From positions 151,858-215,857 of the IMG/VR virus record IMGVR_UViG_3300028654_000384: a stretch of 64,000 nucleotides of DNA; one strand, 5' to 3'. Shown here in pieces: positions 17,138 to 27,297 of this stretch; position 1 is the stretch's first letter, and each line of letters opens with the position of its first letter. The notes beneath the pieces were generated by a model. The model ran no database searches. It saw only the letters and a list, made by a program, of their open reading frames with translations, and was not told the origin of the DNA. The position numbers were made by a program, and so were the translations under genes.

Positions 17138-17417
17138 CAAGAAGGAACGCCGCGACCTGTCACCCATCCACCCGCCCATGCCCGTCGAACAGGCCGAGAC
17201 CTATGCCCGGGCCCTGCAGGCACAGAAGGACCTCCGCGCGCAGCTGGTCAAGGCCACCCCGAAAGGGGCCGACGCGCCCTGCATCGGCCTGGCCGACACG
17301 TGCACCGGCACGTATCAGCTGTTGGTCTGGTGCAATGCGGGTCGACCCGCGGCGTTGCCCGCCACCTTCGAGGGTTTTGCAGTCGACTTTAGGGGTCACC
17401 TGCCCCGCGCACTGTGA
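17124..17417 (+). CDS. Hypothetical protein
   Basis: AAGGA SD, basic N-terminus. Confidence 0.6.
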   Translation: MKKRSKKERRDLSPIHPPMPVEQAETYARALQAQKDLRAQLVKATPKGADAPCIGLADTCTGTYQLLVWCNAGRPAALPATFEGFAVDFRGHLPRAL

Positions 17418-17565
17418 TTCGCTGCCGGCACCACACTCGAGGTAGAAATGAAAAGAAGCGTAAAACAGTTGGCGTCGGACGCGTACCAAGACCTGCGTAG
17501 TCTACCCCTTGATTGTTGTGCACTGATCCTGTATGGGTTCTGGCGCTTGTATGCTAAGCTTGACA

Positions 17566-17814
17566 ATGAGCAGTCAGCAGCTTGAATACCTGCCCGGTCG
17601 CCTCGCCCGCGTGGCCTTTGAGTACTATCACTTGTGGACGATCGACATGAACACCGACCTCGCCACCCGCTCTCGCGTCGGCGATGGTGCTGTCGTGCGC
17701 TGCGGCATGGTGGGCCTCATCGTATCGCCGATCGGCGGTGCGGGCTACGTCGTGGCACTGTTCGGTGATAAGTGGGGGTGGATCCACCACCGCGCGTTGG
17801 CAGCGGTGCAGTGA
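17566..17814 (+). CDS. PGxL/SH3-like family protein
   Basis: LPGRLA..HLW..GMVGLIV..ALFGDKWGWI. Confidence 0.7.
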   Translation: MSSQQLEYLPGRLARVAFEYYHLWTIDMNTDLATRSRVGDGAVVRCGMVGLIVSPIGGAGYVVALFGDKWGWIHHRALAAVQ

Positions 17815-18044
17815 TGAATTACTTGCCCGGTCGCCTCGTCGTTGCTAGCTACAACCACTATGGCCTGTGGCTGACGGCGAAGGCGGTCGGTCTCGTGGCG
17901 GTGGTGCAACGCGGTGAAGTGGGCCTCATCGTGTCGGCGACGCGTGGGGCGGGGGGTTATGAACTGGTGCTGTTCGGCGACAAGGTGGGTTGGATACACC
18001 ATGATGCATACGTGGTTTACACCGCCACCACCACACCCGTGTGA
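17814..18044 (+). CDS. PGxL/SH3-like family protein (tandem paralog)
   Basis: LPGRLV..GLW..GEVGLIV..VLFGDKVGWI. Confidence 0.7.
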   Translation: MNYLPGRLVVASYNHYGLWLTAKAVGLVAVVQRGEVGLIVSATRGAGGYELVLFGDKVGWIHHDAYVVYTATTTPV

Positions 18045-18169
18045 CGTGGTGGGGATTTCCTGGTGTGCGCGGAAGGCATGAGCCATTGAACACCGAGGTT
18101 GGGCAAAGTAGGATTGGTGGCGAGGGGGTGGGCCTTTGGTGTCCACGAATACCCAAAGAAAGGTCCATC

Positions 18170-18802
18170 ATGAAACAGTTCATCAACAACAACGCCATCA
18201 TCATCGCCATCATAGGCGCCGGCGCCCTCGCCTTCGCCGTCAGCCTCTGGGCACTGCACCTGTGCAACTAACATGAACAACATCAACATCGGCTTTGGCA
18301 TTCTGCTCGGCTCGTTGCTCGGCGTGTTGCTTGGCATCGCGATCATGGCGGTCATTTCATCTTCGTGCTGGTGACTAAATGAACATCGTCTTTGGCCTCA
18401 TGCTCGGCGCGATGTGCGGCGTCGGGATCGTCGTCATCATCTTCGTCATTGTTGCGCTGGTGACTAAATGAACGCTGTCCGTTCAACCCATGAAACAACC
18501 TAAACCACGCAAGTGCAAGGCCGGGCCCAACTGCGCCACGGCACCCGACCAAGAACTGGCGTGGGATTGGTTCAATCCCCGCGCACAGTACTGCAAGATG
18601 TGTCAGAATACGTCTCGTCGAAAGTTTCGCCCCTCACTGTGAGAACACCATGAAAAACAGCTTCCTCGCGTGGGCCTTCATCATCGTGCTTGTTTGCCTT
18701 GCGTTCTATGTCTTGCACTTTGCGATGTCTTGCACTGCGACAAATACCTGCAACGGACACAGTCGTCTGGCGTCACCGCCCGCCGAAAGAAAACACCCAT
18801 GA
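18170..18802 (+). CDS. Run of five micro-ORFs (18170..18271, 18273..18374, 18379..18471, 18490..18642, 18650..18802); four single-TM, one Cys-rich
   Basis: Manual translation: 30-50 aa hydrophobic peptides packed 1-18 bp apart. Confidence 0.55.
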
Positions 18803-19038
18803 ACAATCACCTTCGAACTTTCACTGTCACCGCGTTCATCATCCTCGCCGGCTGCGCCTCAAGCGCGGGGGCGCCCCTCATCCCCGTCAAGCCCGTCGCC
18901 ACCCACTATGTCACCGTCCCCAACCAAGAACAGGCGTGCAGCGGGCCCCTGTCGTGCGGCAGTCGCGGGGGTTTCTGCACCATGCGGTGCACCGGTGACG
19001 TCGCCCCCTTCGACTGCACCGTGCTGGAGTGCCATTGA
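18799..19038 (+). CDS. Small Cys-rich lipoprotein
   Basis: Lipobox LAGC; 5 further Cys. Confidence 0.65.
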   Translation: MNNHLRTFTVTAFIILAGCASSAGAPLIPVKPVATHYVTVPNQEQACSGPLSCGSRGGFCTMRCTGDVAPFDCTVLECH

Positions 19039-19039
19039 C

Positions 19040-19249
19040 ATGGAAAAGTTCAAGGACGACTTCAAGTTCGATGGCGATGATGCGGCATGGCTCGAGTTCA
19101 TGAAGGCGGCGATGCCCATCGCCGCAAAGTTCTGGGGTTCTGATGTTGGCGGTTCATACCGCGATGAATTCATCAAGGACGCCGCCGTGCTCGCTGACGC
19201 TGCACTGGCCGAGTGGAACCGCCGACGAGGCACCCGCACACCCCTGTAA
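19040..19249 (+). CDS. Hypothetical protein
   Basis: GGAG SD, GC3 bias. Confidence 0.6.
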   Translation: MEKFKDDFKFDGDDAAWLEFMKAAMPIAAKFWGSDVGGSYRDEFIKDAAVLADAALAEWNRRRGTRTPL

Positions 19250-19359
19250 AAACCCCTGATCCCAAGCCGTGAGGTGGGCTGTAAGTGACCCCTCCCTACA
19301 TGGCAAAGGCACGTGCAACCCACCTCACGGCTTGGGATCCTTTCTACAGTGTTGCTAAC

Positions 19360-19638
19360 ATGAAGCCCGGAGACATGATCGAATGGCGCTACGAGTCGAG
19401 CGATAAGCCCATCGCCCGTGATGAATATGTCTGGTCATCGGTGATGAACCGTTGGTTGCCCATCGGCGGTGTACACCTGTTGATCAGTCGTGACAATGAC
19501 GAGCTGACGTGGCTCTACACAAGTGCCGGTGCCACGCGCATCGGCAAGGCACTGGTTAGTGACAGCAACCTGGGTCGCTTAGATAAACGAGTGTTCGATG
19601 GGTGCTACCCCGTCGTAGTGCAAGGTCACCTCACTTAG
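19360..19638 (+). CDS. KPGDLIEW family protein (member B)
   Basis: MKPGDMIEWRY..EYVWSSV..WLPIGGVHLLISRDNDELTWL. Confidence 0.75.
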   Translation: MKPGDMIEWRYESSDKPIARDEYVWSSVMNRWLPIGGVHLLISRDNDELTWLYTSAGATRIGKALVSDSNLGRLDKRVFDGCYPVVVQGHLT

Positions 19639-19822
19639 GTCTATAATGGTCTTTCAACGCTAGAAAGCAGTGCAATGCAGGTCTATAAGCACACGGAAAT
19701 TCAGGCGGTGTTGGCCATGTTCTCCGCCTTCAACATCGAAGTTGAAGTGGTCGAGGGCGGTGCCAACCAACCCATGACGATCCACACCAAGTTGTTTCAA
19801 CGCAAAGACGGAGAGTACGCTG

Positions 19823-20941
19823 ATGAACCCGAAGAGACTGTTTAGCTCGCTCGCCGCACTGCTGGTGGGGCTGGGCGTCGTTGGCACCGCCAGTGCGCAG
19901 GAAACGGGTCACGACAAGGATATTCACGATCGTGATTATTGCGACAAGGTGCAGGCCCGCGCCCATGCTGATGCGTGGTTGTTGTTCTCGCCGTCGCTGC
20001 AGGTGCAGGGCATCAAGTACCCGGCGGGGGCACCGGGCGTCGTCGCGGTTGGTGGATCAGAAACTCCCGGTGGTTATCAGGTTCGTAGCTCACTATTGTG
20101 GAGCCCGCTCGATGCCTACAAGGGCACCGTCGAACAAGCCGTCGCAAATAAGGATTGCCTGCAACACTCGGCCATGGTCGATGCCCAAAATCTTTTGGAG
20201 ATGATGAATGACGTCGGCCGAGCACCTGCATTGCAGGCCGAGGTGACGTACCTCAAGTTCCATGCCGACGATATGAACGACATTCTCACCAATGTGCATA
20301 AACGCCTTGTGATTGGTCACAGCACGATCATCGAACTCGCTGCTGTACAGGCAGGCATCGATCTGCTTGAACGCAAGCTCGCCGCAGCGCAGGGTCAACT
20401 GTCACTCATCGAAACGAAGGATTATGTCGTTACACCACGCTCGTCGACAGAGATCGTCGAGCGATTACAACGCTACTCAATGGAATATGAGAAAGAGACG
20501 GCACGACTCAGATCGATCGATCCATGGGCTATCAGCGTGTCAGGCGGCGTTGTCCCGCCCATGGGCGACGGTGGTTCGGCGGCGTGGTTTGGCATGGTGA
20601 CGGTGCAGTATAATTTCGGGGGTTTCGTCCGCGGGGCTGATGAGAGCAAGTATCTCTCAGCCCGCCAGCACGAACTGCAATATGCTCGTTACGAACTTGC
20701 TGATCAGGTTCGGCGTTTACAAGATGGCATTCAGGTGGGCATCGAATCTGCGGATGCCGAAATCGTCACGCTTGACAAGCGTATCAGTGAACTTAATGAC
20801 CTATGTGAGCAGTTAAAGCTTCATATTGAAGCACCCAATGCTATGAGCACATTAGGCGTCGTTGAGCTTCAGCACATGGATGCGGTGAGTGATAGGTTGT
20901 ACTTGATCGAACTACGTCGGCAATTGTCGGCGTGGAAGTGA
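19823..20941 (+). CDS. Secreted TolC/outer-membrane-efflux-like protein
   Basis: Signal peptide; two repeats of long helices alternating with amphipathic strands (YQVRSSLLWS; WFGMVTVQYNF); architecture-level call only. Confidence 0.5.
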   Translation: MNPKRLFSSLAALLVGLGVVGTASAQETGHDKDIHDRDYCDKVQARAHADAWLLFSPSLQVQGIKYPAGAPGVVAVGGSETPGGYQVRSSLLWSPLDAYKGTVEQAVANKDCLQHSAMVDAQNLLEMMNDVGRAPALQAEVTYLKFHADDMNDILTNVHKRLVIGHSTIIELAAVQAGIDLLERKLAAAQGQLSLIETKDYVVTPRSSTEIVERLQRYSMEYEKETARLRSIDPWAISVSGGVVPPMGDGGSAAWFGMVTVQYNFGGFVRGADESKYLSARQHELQYARYELADQVRRLQDGIQVGIESADAEIVTLDKRISELNDLCEQLKLHIEAPNAMSTLGVVELQHMDAVSDRLYLIELRRQLSAWK

Positions 20942-20963
20942 TGAAAGTAACGAGAGAGGGAAT

Positions 20964-22052
20964 ATGACAATGGAACAGACCATGGAAACTGCACGCGCCT
21001 CTGCACAAATTAACGTGGGGCGGTTTTGGAAGACGCGTGTCTTCTCGTTTGTGGCATTAGCATCAATGGTGGGTGGCTGCGGCGCCATGGTGCGAGAGGG
21101 CTATTTTGTCACTACCGATTCCTTCGTTGCCCCGGCGATTTTGTCGCCTAATAACGATCTCGTCCTCGACGCACGTTTGAAGCTGGAACAAATCATGTTA
21201 CAGAAGGGTATTGCCGAACAGGCATTGACGGAAGCCGAGGGCGACATCAATGCAGGTGAACAAGCAACGATCAAGTTGATCGAATTGCGTGACACCATTA
21301 GTCATGCACTGACGTGGACCAGCAACTTGACAGGTGCGCAAGTGACGATGGGTAACGCCGATGTTAAGGTCATTGCGACACAGAAGGATGAGTTACAAAA
21401 CATGATTGCTCGTCAAGAGCAGCTAGTTGAAGACGCTAAATTGAATATGAATGGCGGGTTGATCGCGCGTCCTGATTATGACCGCGAGGTGCAGGCGCTT
21501 GACTCGCTGAAACTAGCACAGTTCGAAAATGACAGGACGCGTATGGCTAGCGACCTACAGTTGAAACAGGCTAGTATGGGTCAGCAGGCGCTACTTGCGG
21601 GTAAGGGCACCAAGATGCCGATGCCCGATCAGGTCATGGTATTGAACTCATTGATTACGGTCGAGGTGCAGTTGTTGCAGACGGAAGAATTGCAGAGAAC
21701 GAAGATTGCTGAGAAGGAAAAAGATCAGGAAGAATTGAAGAAGATTGAGTCGCTAGAGAGCGATCTGCGATCGCGGCCTATTTTCAAGGCAATTGATAGT
21801 AACGTAGATTTGAGCTTTGCACCATATTCTGCTTTGAAGAATATTGTTGTGGGTGCGAAAGTGATGAATTGTGTTTGGGGAGTTTTCAATTGTAAGGAAG
21901 TTGGAAAAGTGAAAGAAATTATCTCTGGTGAGGCAGTTCTTCCCGCAATTTTTGGAACGGGGCAAACAAGAGGACAATTTATTGCAGTTGAGCTAAATGA
22001 TGCAGATCATGATGCTTCAATGAAAAGTACGATTCTAAGAATCCGAAACTAA
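20964..22052 (+). CDS. Membrane-fusion (HlyD-like) or coiled-coil periplasmic adaptor
   Basis: N-terminal TM anchor, long coiled coil, beta-rich C-terminus; position between TolC-like and GT2 genes. Confidence 0.5.
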   Translation: MTMEQTMETARASAQINVGRFWKTRVFSFVALASMVGGCGAMVREGYFVTTDSFVAPAILSPNNDLVLDARLKLEQIMLQKGIAEQALTEAEGDINAGEQATIKLIELRDTISHALTWTSNLTGAQVTMGNADVKVIATQKDELQNMIARQEQLVEDAKLNMNGGLIARPDYDREVQALDSLKLAQFENDRTRMASDLQLKQASMGQQALLAGKGTKMPMPDQVMVLNSLITVEVQLLQTEELQRTKIAEKEKDQEELKKIESLESDLRSRPIFKAIDSNVDLSFAPYSALKNIVVGAKVMNCVWGVFNCKEVGKVKEIISGEAVLPAIFGTGQTRGQFIAVELNDADHDASMKSTILRIRN

Positions 22053-22062
22053 AGGACATCAG

Positions 22063-23805
22063 ATGGATACTATTCTTTGGCGTTTGCATGATTCCATGCA
22101 TCTTGCATGGGTTGTTATTTTTGCACTCGTAGTCAGTCTTTGTTTGCTCAACGTCCACTACATTCCTGTAGTATTTCGTACAGCATTCAGAAGGTTGGTA
22201 TCTGGCAATTCTTCACATACGCCCAAGAATATGGGCAATTGCCCTACTGGACTTGTAATCATTCCATCGCTGCTTAGAAACGAAGAAGATTATACCGCCA
22301 TCATTGCCACAGTAGAAAGTTGTGCTTCTAATCAATACCCCAATGATTTGTATATCATAGTTAGTATTGATGGGAAGAACGAGAATCAAAAATTATTTGC
22401 ACAACTAGCTAACTGGCTCGATTCAAGATCGTACTCTAACACTGTAAAACTGCACCTCACATATGATGAGGTTCGTCGTAGCAAAATGATGGCTATCGAT
22501 CGTGGGGCACAGTATATGAAAGCCCTTGTTGCTAGTGGCGCGGTGTCATCCTTTCCCACCATCTATTTTAGCATCGACGCTGACTCTATTCTTAGTGAGC
22601 AAGCTCTCAATAGAATGGCATCTCAGCTAAATACTCCACACCCAATTACCGGTAACAAAAGGCGAACTATTGCCGGAACTCCGATGGTTCACTCGCACGT
22701 GTTATGGCAAGGTTGGCGCTCATTCTTTACGATTGAAAATCAGATCTATCTCAATGTTGCTCGTATGTTTATGATGTCAGGTGTTGCTCGTAGCAATTTG
22801 GGTGTTATTCCTTACATTGGAGTGCCAGGAGCTATTTACGCTACTTGGAGTGAGATTCTATTGGATGCTCCTAAGTTTATGGGTTACATAAGATCCATTA
22901 CATTTATTGACTGGCTACGTTGGTGGGTGGGAATTCCTCTTCCTACGTTTGCAGAATCTAGCGCTGAGCCAATTCCTCAATTGTTGACAGGAAACACAGA
23001 TGATACAAGTATGGCGGTTGTAATTTCAATCTCTACTTGGCAAGACAATAGGTTTGTTCTTGAGTTGCCAAGATCTCCACTTCATGCGTTTGGCAGATTG
23101 CTTCGCTCTTGGTTTATTGAACGAACGCATAATCACGATCCAGAATCGAAAGCTTATACTTATGTTCCTCCTTCTATTAAGGGATTGTGGCTTCAACGAA
23201 AACGATGGAACAGCTCGAGAATTGAATTAAATTTGAGATTCTCAAAAGCATTTTTGTTTTGCTGGGACACTGGATTTCCGTTTATGTTTCAGCTATCTAT
23301 TGTTGGAATAATTTTCTTTCGAGTGTTGCTGACATACGTTATAATTCCATTCGTCATATTTGGTGAAGCCTCCAACGTCTTCTATTGTTTGATGGTGGGT
23401 ATGACGTTGAGTTTTATTTGTAATCTCATTCTTACATTGACCGCACTTGCAATGGATACTGAACGACGTAGATATTGGGCGGTGTTGCTTGCGTTACCAA
23501 CGGCTGGTTTGTTTTCTCTCGTGTTCGGTGCAACCGTAGGTATTTGGGGATTTATGAAAGACGTATTGTGGAAAGGAAACAATGTTAAATTCACACCAGC
23601 TTCTACGTTGATAACTGGTGGAAGTCAGCGAATTGCAATTGCATTTCGTGTTCAGCGATTCCTATCAATGTGTATTCGTTCATTACGATATGGTGATGTT
23701 CCGTTCGGTCTTTGGTGGGGATCTTGGTATGAAAGAGTGCCCTATGTTCGTAACGGTTATGCAGATTGGTCTAACAAAAAGAACAGTCAATACGTGCTAA
23801 AATGA
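22063..23805 (+). CDS. Processive membrane GT2 polysaccharide synthase (chitin/hyaluronan/cellulose synthase superfamily)
   Basis: D (SIDG), DxD (IDADS), TDD, QxxRW (QRKRW); one N-terminal and about three C-terminal TMs. Confidence 0.85.
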   Translation: MDTILWRLHDSMHLAWVVIFALVVSLCLLNVHYIPVVFRTAFRRLVSGNSSHTPKNMGNCPTGLVIIPSLLRNEEDYTAIIATVESCASNQYPNDLYIIVSIDGKNENQKLFAQLANWLDSRSYSNTVKLHLTYDEVRRSKMMAIDRGAQYMKALVASGAVSSFPTIYFSIDADSILSEQALNRMASQLNTPHPITGNKRRTIAGTPMVHSHVLWQGWRSFFTIENQIYLNVARMFMMSGVARSNLGVIPYIGVPGAIYATWSEILLDAPKFMGYIRSITFIDWLRWWVGIPLPTFAESSAEPIPQLLTGNTDDTSMAVVISISTWQDNRFVLELPRSPLHAFGRLLRSWFIERTHNHDPESKAYTYVPPSIKGLWLQRKRWNSSRIELNLRFSKAFLFCWDTGFPFMFQLSIVGIIFFRVLLTYVIIPFVIFGEASNVFYCLMVGMTLSFICNLILTLTALAMDTERRRYWAVLLALPTAGLFSLVFGATVGIWGFMKDVLWKGNNVKFTPASTLITGGSQRIAIAFRVQRFLSMCIRSLRYGDVPFGLWWGSWYERVPYVRNGYADWSNKKNSQYVLK

Positions 23806-24761
23806 AAATTTTATCGCTTATAGCTCTAGTACTGTCTTCGTGTGTAAGTAGCAATCTCTATTTTAGAGAAGTTCACGCTAAAAAGCCAACATTTTCATTA
23901 GAGGAGAAAAAAATGACAGTCATAAACAACGATTCTGTGCGTGGACTATTTGTGTGGGATGATGTTGCTAACTCAGAAGAGGAAATTACCAGTTTAGTAA
24001 CTTTTTGTAAAGTAAAGGAAATCAACGTAGTATATGCATCATTGTATAGTCACTTACTTGTAAAAAAAGATTTTGTCGCAGTTCAAAATCTACTCAATAG
24101 TTTGCATTCCAACGGAATAAAAGTTCATGCATTGTTTGGTAATTCAGATTACGGTTCCAAAAAACAATGGGTTGTTGAAAACGTTGGCGAAGCAGTAGTT
24201 CAATATAATTCAGTATCATCTGATAAAATCGATGGTGTGTTGCTAGACGCTGAGTATTGGTCTGGTAGTGCTGGACATCATACGCAAGCCGATGCGATAG
24301 GCATGATGGATCTAATAAGGGCACTAAAAATAAAAACTGGCACGCCAGTTGGATTTAGCCCTCCGTACTGGTTTGCAGATCCTAAAAATAATCAAGCGCT
24401 GGACGTTGTTTATGATGGACACACAATGAAAGAAGGTCAGCACATGATTTATGTTGCGGACTACGTTGTAGTGCAGGACTATTTTAGTGATCCACAAAAA
24501 CAGATTGAACATTTCAATCCGTGGTTTGATTTTGCAGTTTCTACCGGTAGAAATGTTGGTTTGGTGTTGGCATCAGAAGTTAGTGAGCCATCGAAACTAG
24601 CTCATGCCTATTCCTATAATAGACTACAGGTGGGTGATGAGGCGCACATGCAGTCTAGCCTGGCCAGCGTTTCGCAATTCTATACAATGAAGCACGGTGC
24701 AGACAGGGTATGGTGGGGTTGTGCTATTGAGCAGTATCGTTCGTATCGTCAGATGAAGTAA
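23802..24761 (+). CDS. Lipoprotein with TIM-barrel glycoside-hydrolase-like domain
   Basis: Lipobox LSSC; IDGVLLDAEY resembles GH18 DxxDxDxE with the middle Asp replaced. Confidence 0.55.
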   Translation: MKILSLIALVLSSCVSSNLYFREVHAKKPTFSLEEKKMTVINNDSVRGLFVWDDVANSEEEITSLVTFCKVKEINVVYASLYSHLLVKKDFVAVQNLLNSLHSNGIKVHALFGNSDYGSKKQWVVENVGEAVVQYNSVSSDKIDGVLLDAEYWSGSAGHHTQADAIGMMDLIRALKIKTGTPVGFSPPYWFADPKNNQALDVVYDGHTMKEGQHMIYVADYVVVQDYFSDPQKQIEHFNPWFDFAVSTGRNVGLVLASEVSEPSKLAHAYSYNRLQVGDEAHMQSSLASVSQFYTMKHGADRVWWGCAIEQYRSYRQMK

Positions 24762-24793
24762 ATGCGCATTCGATATCATTGCATAGATTTACG

Positions 24794-24994
24794 ATGACCA
24801 CTCCCAATCACTACTGGTACATCCTCGACAACGCGGGAGCTGACTGCTGCATGCCCTTCTGCGACGAGGAGAAATTCCGCGCCGAGTTCTGGCATGACTA
24901 CCTGTCGCGCGCCAACCCGACCCGCGGTCCCTACTCACTGGCCTTCCTACCTTACCAGAAACCGGCCGAGTATATTCCGCCGCCCAATCCGTAA
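24794..24994 (+). CDS. Hypothetical protein
   Basis: GC content returns to genome level; GC3 bias. Confidence 0.6.
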   Translation: MTTPNHYWYILDNAGADCCMPFCDEEKFRAEFWHDYLSRANPTRGPYSLAFLPYQKPAEYIPPPNP

Positions 24995-25001
24995 TCGGTC
25001 A

Positions 25002-25033
25002 GTGAACACCACAACCTACATGGTGTAGGTTGT
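25002..25033 (+). promoter_or_regulatory. Promoter variant overlapped by a perfect 10-bp inverted repeat
   Basis: TGAACA-17-TAGGTT; ACAACCTACA-TGG-TGTAGGTTGT at 25011..25033. Confidence 0.55.
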
Positions 25034-25073
25034 TACAGCATACAACTAAACCATTCCAAGGAGAGAACAACAC

Positions 25074-26114
25074 ATGTCGAAACGTATCATCACGGTGCTC
25101 GCCGCAATCGCGCTGGCATCAGTCACCTCCGCCGCATCGGCCGAGGACTTCTCGCTCCACGTCGAAGGCGGCCCGGCGCTTCAGCTCCGCGCCCCCAACG
25201 GCGACATCGTCGACCACAATCGCTTCAAGTTCGGCGCTAGTGGTGAGGTCGACGGCCTCATCGCCTTGATCCCCAACCTCGCAGTCGGTCCGACGGTGTC
25301 GGCGGTGTTTCTGCCGCAGTCCACCCCCAATACCGAAGGCGCTGTCATGTGGCAGTTCGACGGCACCGTCCGCCTGCAGGGCGCGCGCTCGGCCGGCTGG
25401 TCGCCCTACATTCAAGGTTCGCTCGGCGCTGCGAAACAGGCGGCGATCTGGAACCCGGGTTTCATGACGCAGGTCGGCGTCGACTTCGCCCTCAATCAGG
25501 AGCACTCGTCGTGGCTCGGCCTTTACGTGGGCTGGGACAAAGTGCTCGACACCTACAACGCCGCTGACAAGCAGACGGCGCTGCTCTCTCGCCAAGACAC
25601 CAGCGTCGGCACCGCAGGCGTCAGCATGTCGTTCGACTTCCCGTCGAAGCACGCAAAGCGCACCCTCGGCGTCATCACGGTGCAGGAACCGGCACCCGCC
25701 TGCCCGCCCGCTCCCGCTGCCCCTGTCGCAGCGCCCGCTCCCGCGGCCGACGACGGCACGGCACTGTTGGCACCGTCGGTACAGTTCGACAAGGACAGCT
25801 TCGTTGTCAGCGCAGACGCTCAGGCGATGCTGACCGACTTCGCCTCGCAGTACAATGCTGCTCCCGGTGCGAAGAACTACATGCTGATGGTCGAGGGTTA
25901 TGCCTCGTCGGAGTGCAGTGCGTGCGAAGTTACGCACAACCTCGTACTGTCGAATAGCCGCGCCAACGCGGTCGCAGACGTCCTCGTCAACAGTGGCAAG
26001 GTCGATCGCACCATGATCCACCCGGTCGCCTTCGGCGGCGTGGGCGCCCCGAACGATGCGAGCAACCGACGCGTCGACACGATTGTCATTCGCCTCGTGA
26101 AGATCCAGAAGTAA
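25074..26114 (+). CDS. OmpA-family outer-membrane protein (beta-barrel, Pro/Ala hinge, peptidoglycan-binding domain)
   Basis: Signal peptide; QFDKDS..VEGYAS..HNLVLSNSRANAV..NRRVD OmpA-C motifs. Confidence 0.9.
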   Translation: MSKRIITVLAAIALASVTSAASAEDFSLHVEGGPALQLRAPNGDIVDHNRFKFGASGEVDGLIALIPNLAVGPTVSAVFLPQSTPNTEGAVMWQFDGTVRLQGARSAGWSPYIQGSLGAAKQAAIWNPGFMTQVGVDFALNQEHSSWLGLYVGWDKVLDTYNAADKQTALLSRQDTSVGTAGVSMSFDFPSKHAKRTLGVITVQEPAPACPPAPAAPVAAPAPAADDGTALLAPSVQFDKDSFVVSADAQAMLTDFASQYNAAPGAKNYMLMVEGYASSECSACEVTHNLVLSNSRANAVADVLVNSGKVDRTMIHPVAFGGVGAPNDASNRRVDTIVIRLVKIQK

Positions 26115-26178
26115 CAGACGTAGACGTCTCGGTGTGCTCGGTCATCTCACGGTGGCCGGGCCTTCGCCGTTAAGAAGT

Positions 26179-26430
26179 ATGAACTTCATCAAGCCACCCT
26201 CATCACAATGCGCATGGATCAACAAGCTCAAGCAGCCGTCGCCTCGCCTGTCGCTGTGGGTCAACCTGCTCATCGGGCTCTACACGGGCTGGTGTCTGGC
26301 ACACTCGCCGCCCCACGTTAATGCGTTGACAATCATCAGGCTGTTGACACTTTCCTACAACGCGTGGGTCGTGTCGTACTTCGTACAGCACGTCATCGTC
26401 AAGACTTTCAAGTCACCCCGCGCCCATTGA
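26179..26430 (+). CDS. Small two-TM membrane protein
   Basis: Two hydrophobic segments. Confidence 0.55.
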   Translation: MNFIKPPSSQCAWINKLKQPSPRLSLWVNLLIGLYTGWCLAHSPPHVNALTIIRLLTLSYNAWVVSYFVQHVIVKTFKSPRAH

Positions 26431-26434
26431 GCGG

Positions 26435-26470
26435 GTGTAAATTGGACGCAGCTCGACTTAGGATCTAACT
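26435..26470 (+). promoter_or_regulatory. Phage promoter with SD leader
   Basis: TGTAAA-17-TAGGAT; AAGGAG before ATG 26492. Confidence 0.65.
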
Positions 26471-26491
26471 CTCTACCCAAGGAGTTCGTTC

Positions 26492-27286
26492 ATGAAGAGT
26501 ACGTTGATAGGTCTGTGCGTTGCCCTGTGCTGCGTGGGTGTTGCGACCAACGCCATGGCACAGGACAAGGGTACCAACAGCGCCGACGTCGCGGATCAGG
26601 CGTCGACCGTCGTGCACAACGACGTGCAGGTTGCGAACGATCTGGTGAACCAAGTCGGCACGCAAGAGCCCGTGGTTGCACCGCCAGCAGTTGCACCCGT
26701 GGTGCCTGCCCCCGCGACCGTGGCACCCGTCGGCGATCACACCCACGATCAGTGGTACCATCGGGGCAACTACGAGTACTACTCTCCCACCGAGTACCAC
26801 CCCGACATCCGCGCCTCACTGCACCCGCACCAGCTCCACGCGGGCCTGTACCTCGACGCGGGTTTCCCGAGCGGTGCCAGCGCCGGCGTGCTGGTGTCGC
26901 CCTGGCTCCCGTGGTTGAAGCTGGGCGTGGGCGGCAACTACAACTACGTGGGTGAGGGCCTGTCGGGCCACGTCACCCTCGATCCCTTCCACTTCCCGGT
27001 GTCGCTGACGCTGACGGGTGAGGCGGGCGGCTTCTTTCCGTCGACGATCCCGGGCATCAAGAACAGCCCGACCGTCGCCTATACCTACGAGAGTGCGTTG
27101 CTGGGCCTCGAGCTTGGCTCACAGCGTCACCTGCGTTTCTTCCTGCGGGGCGGCATCAGCCACGTCGATGCCAGCGTCAGCAACTTCGGCACCGCCTTCA
27201 CGCTGCCCAACGGCGTCAGCATCGGCGAACCCAACATGAGCCTCGTCGCTCCCGCGGGTAAATTCGGCATTGATTGGTTGTTCTAA
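26492..27286 (+). CDS. Outer-membrane beta-barrel protein
   Basis: Signal peptide; alternating strands; C-terminal GKFGIDWLF (BAM-type terminal Phe). Confidence 0.75.
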   Translation: MKSTLIGLCVALCCVGVATNAMAQDKGTNSADVADQASTVVHNDVQVANDLVNQVGTQEPVVAPPAVAPVVPAPATVAPVGDHTHDQWYHRGNYEYYSPTEYHPDIRASLHPHQLHAGLYLDAGFPSGASAGVLVSPWLPWLKLGVGGNYNYVGEGLSGHVTLDPFHFPVSLTLTGEAGGFFPSTIPGIKNSPTVAYTYESALLGLELGSQRHLRFFLRGGISHVDASVSNFGTAFTLPNGVSIGEPNMSLVAPAGKFGIDWLF

Positions 27287-27297
27287 AGGAGCATGCG

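Noticed and set aside
19823-24761. Eukaryotic giant-virus origin suggested by the chitin/hyaluronan-like synthase
   Set aside because: Sigma70 factor, SD sequences, bacterial-type promoters, lipoboxes and OmpA indicate a bacteriophage.
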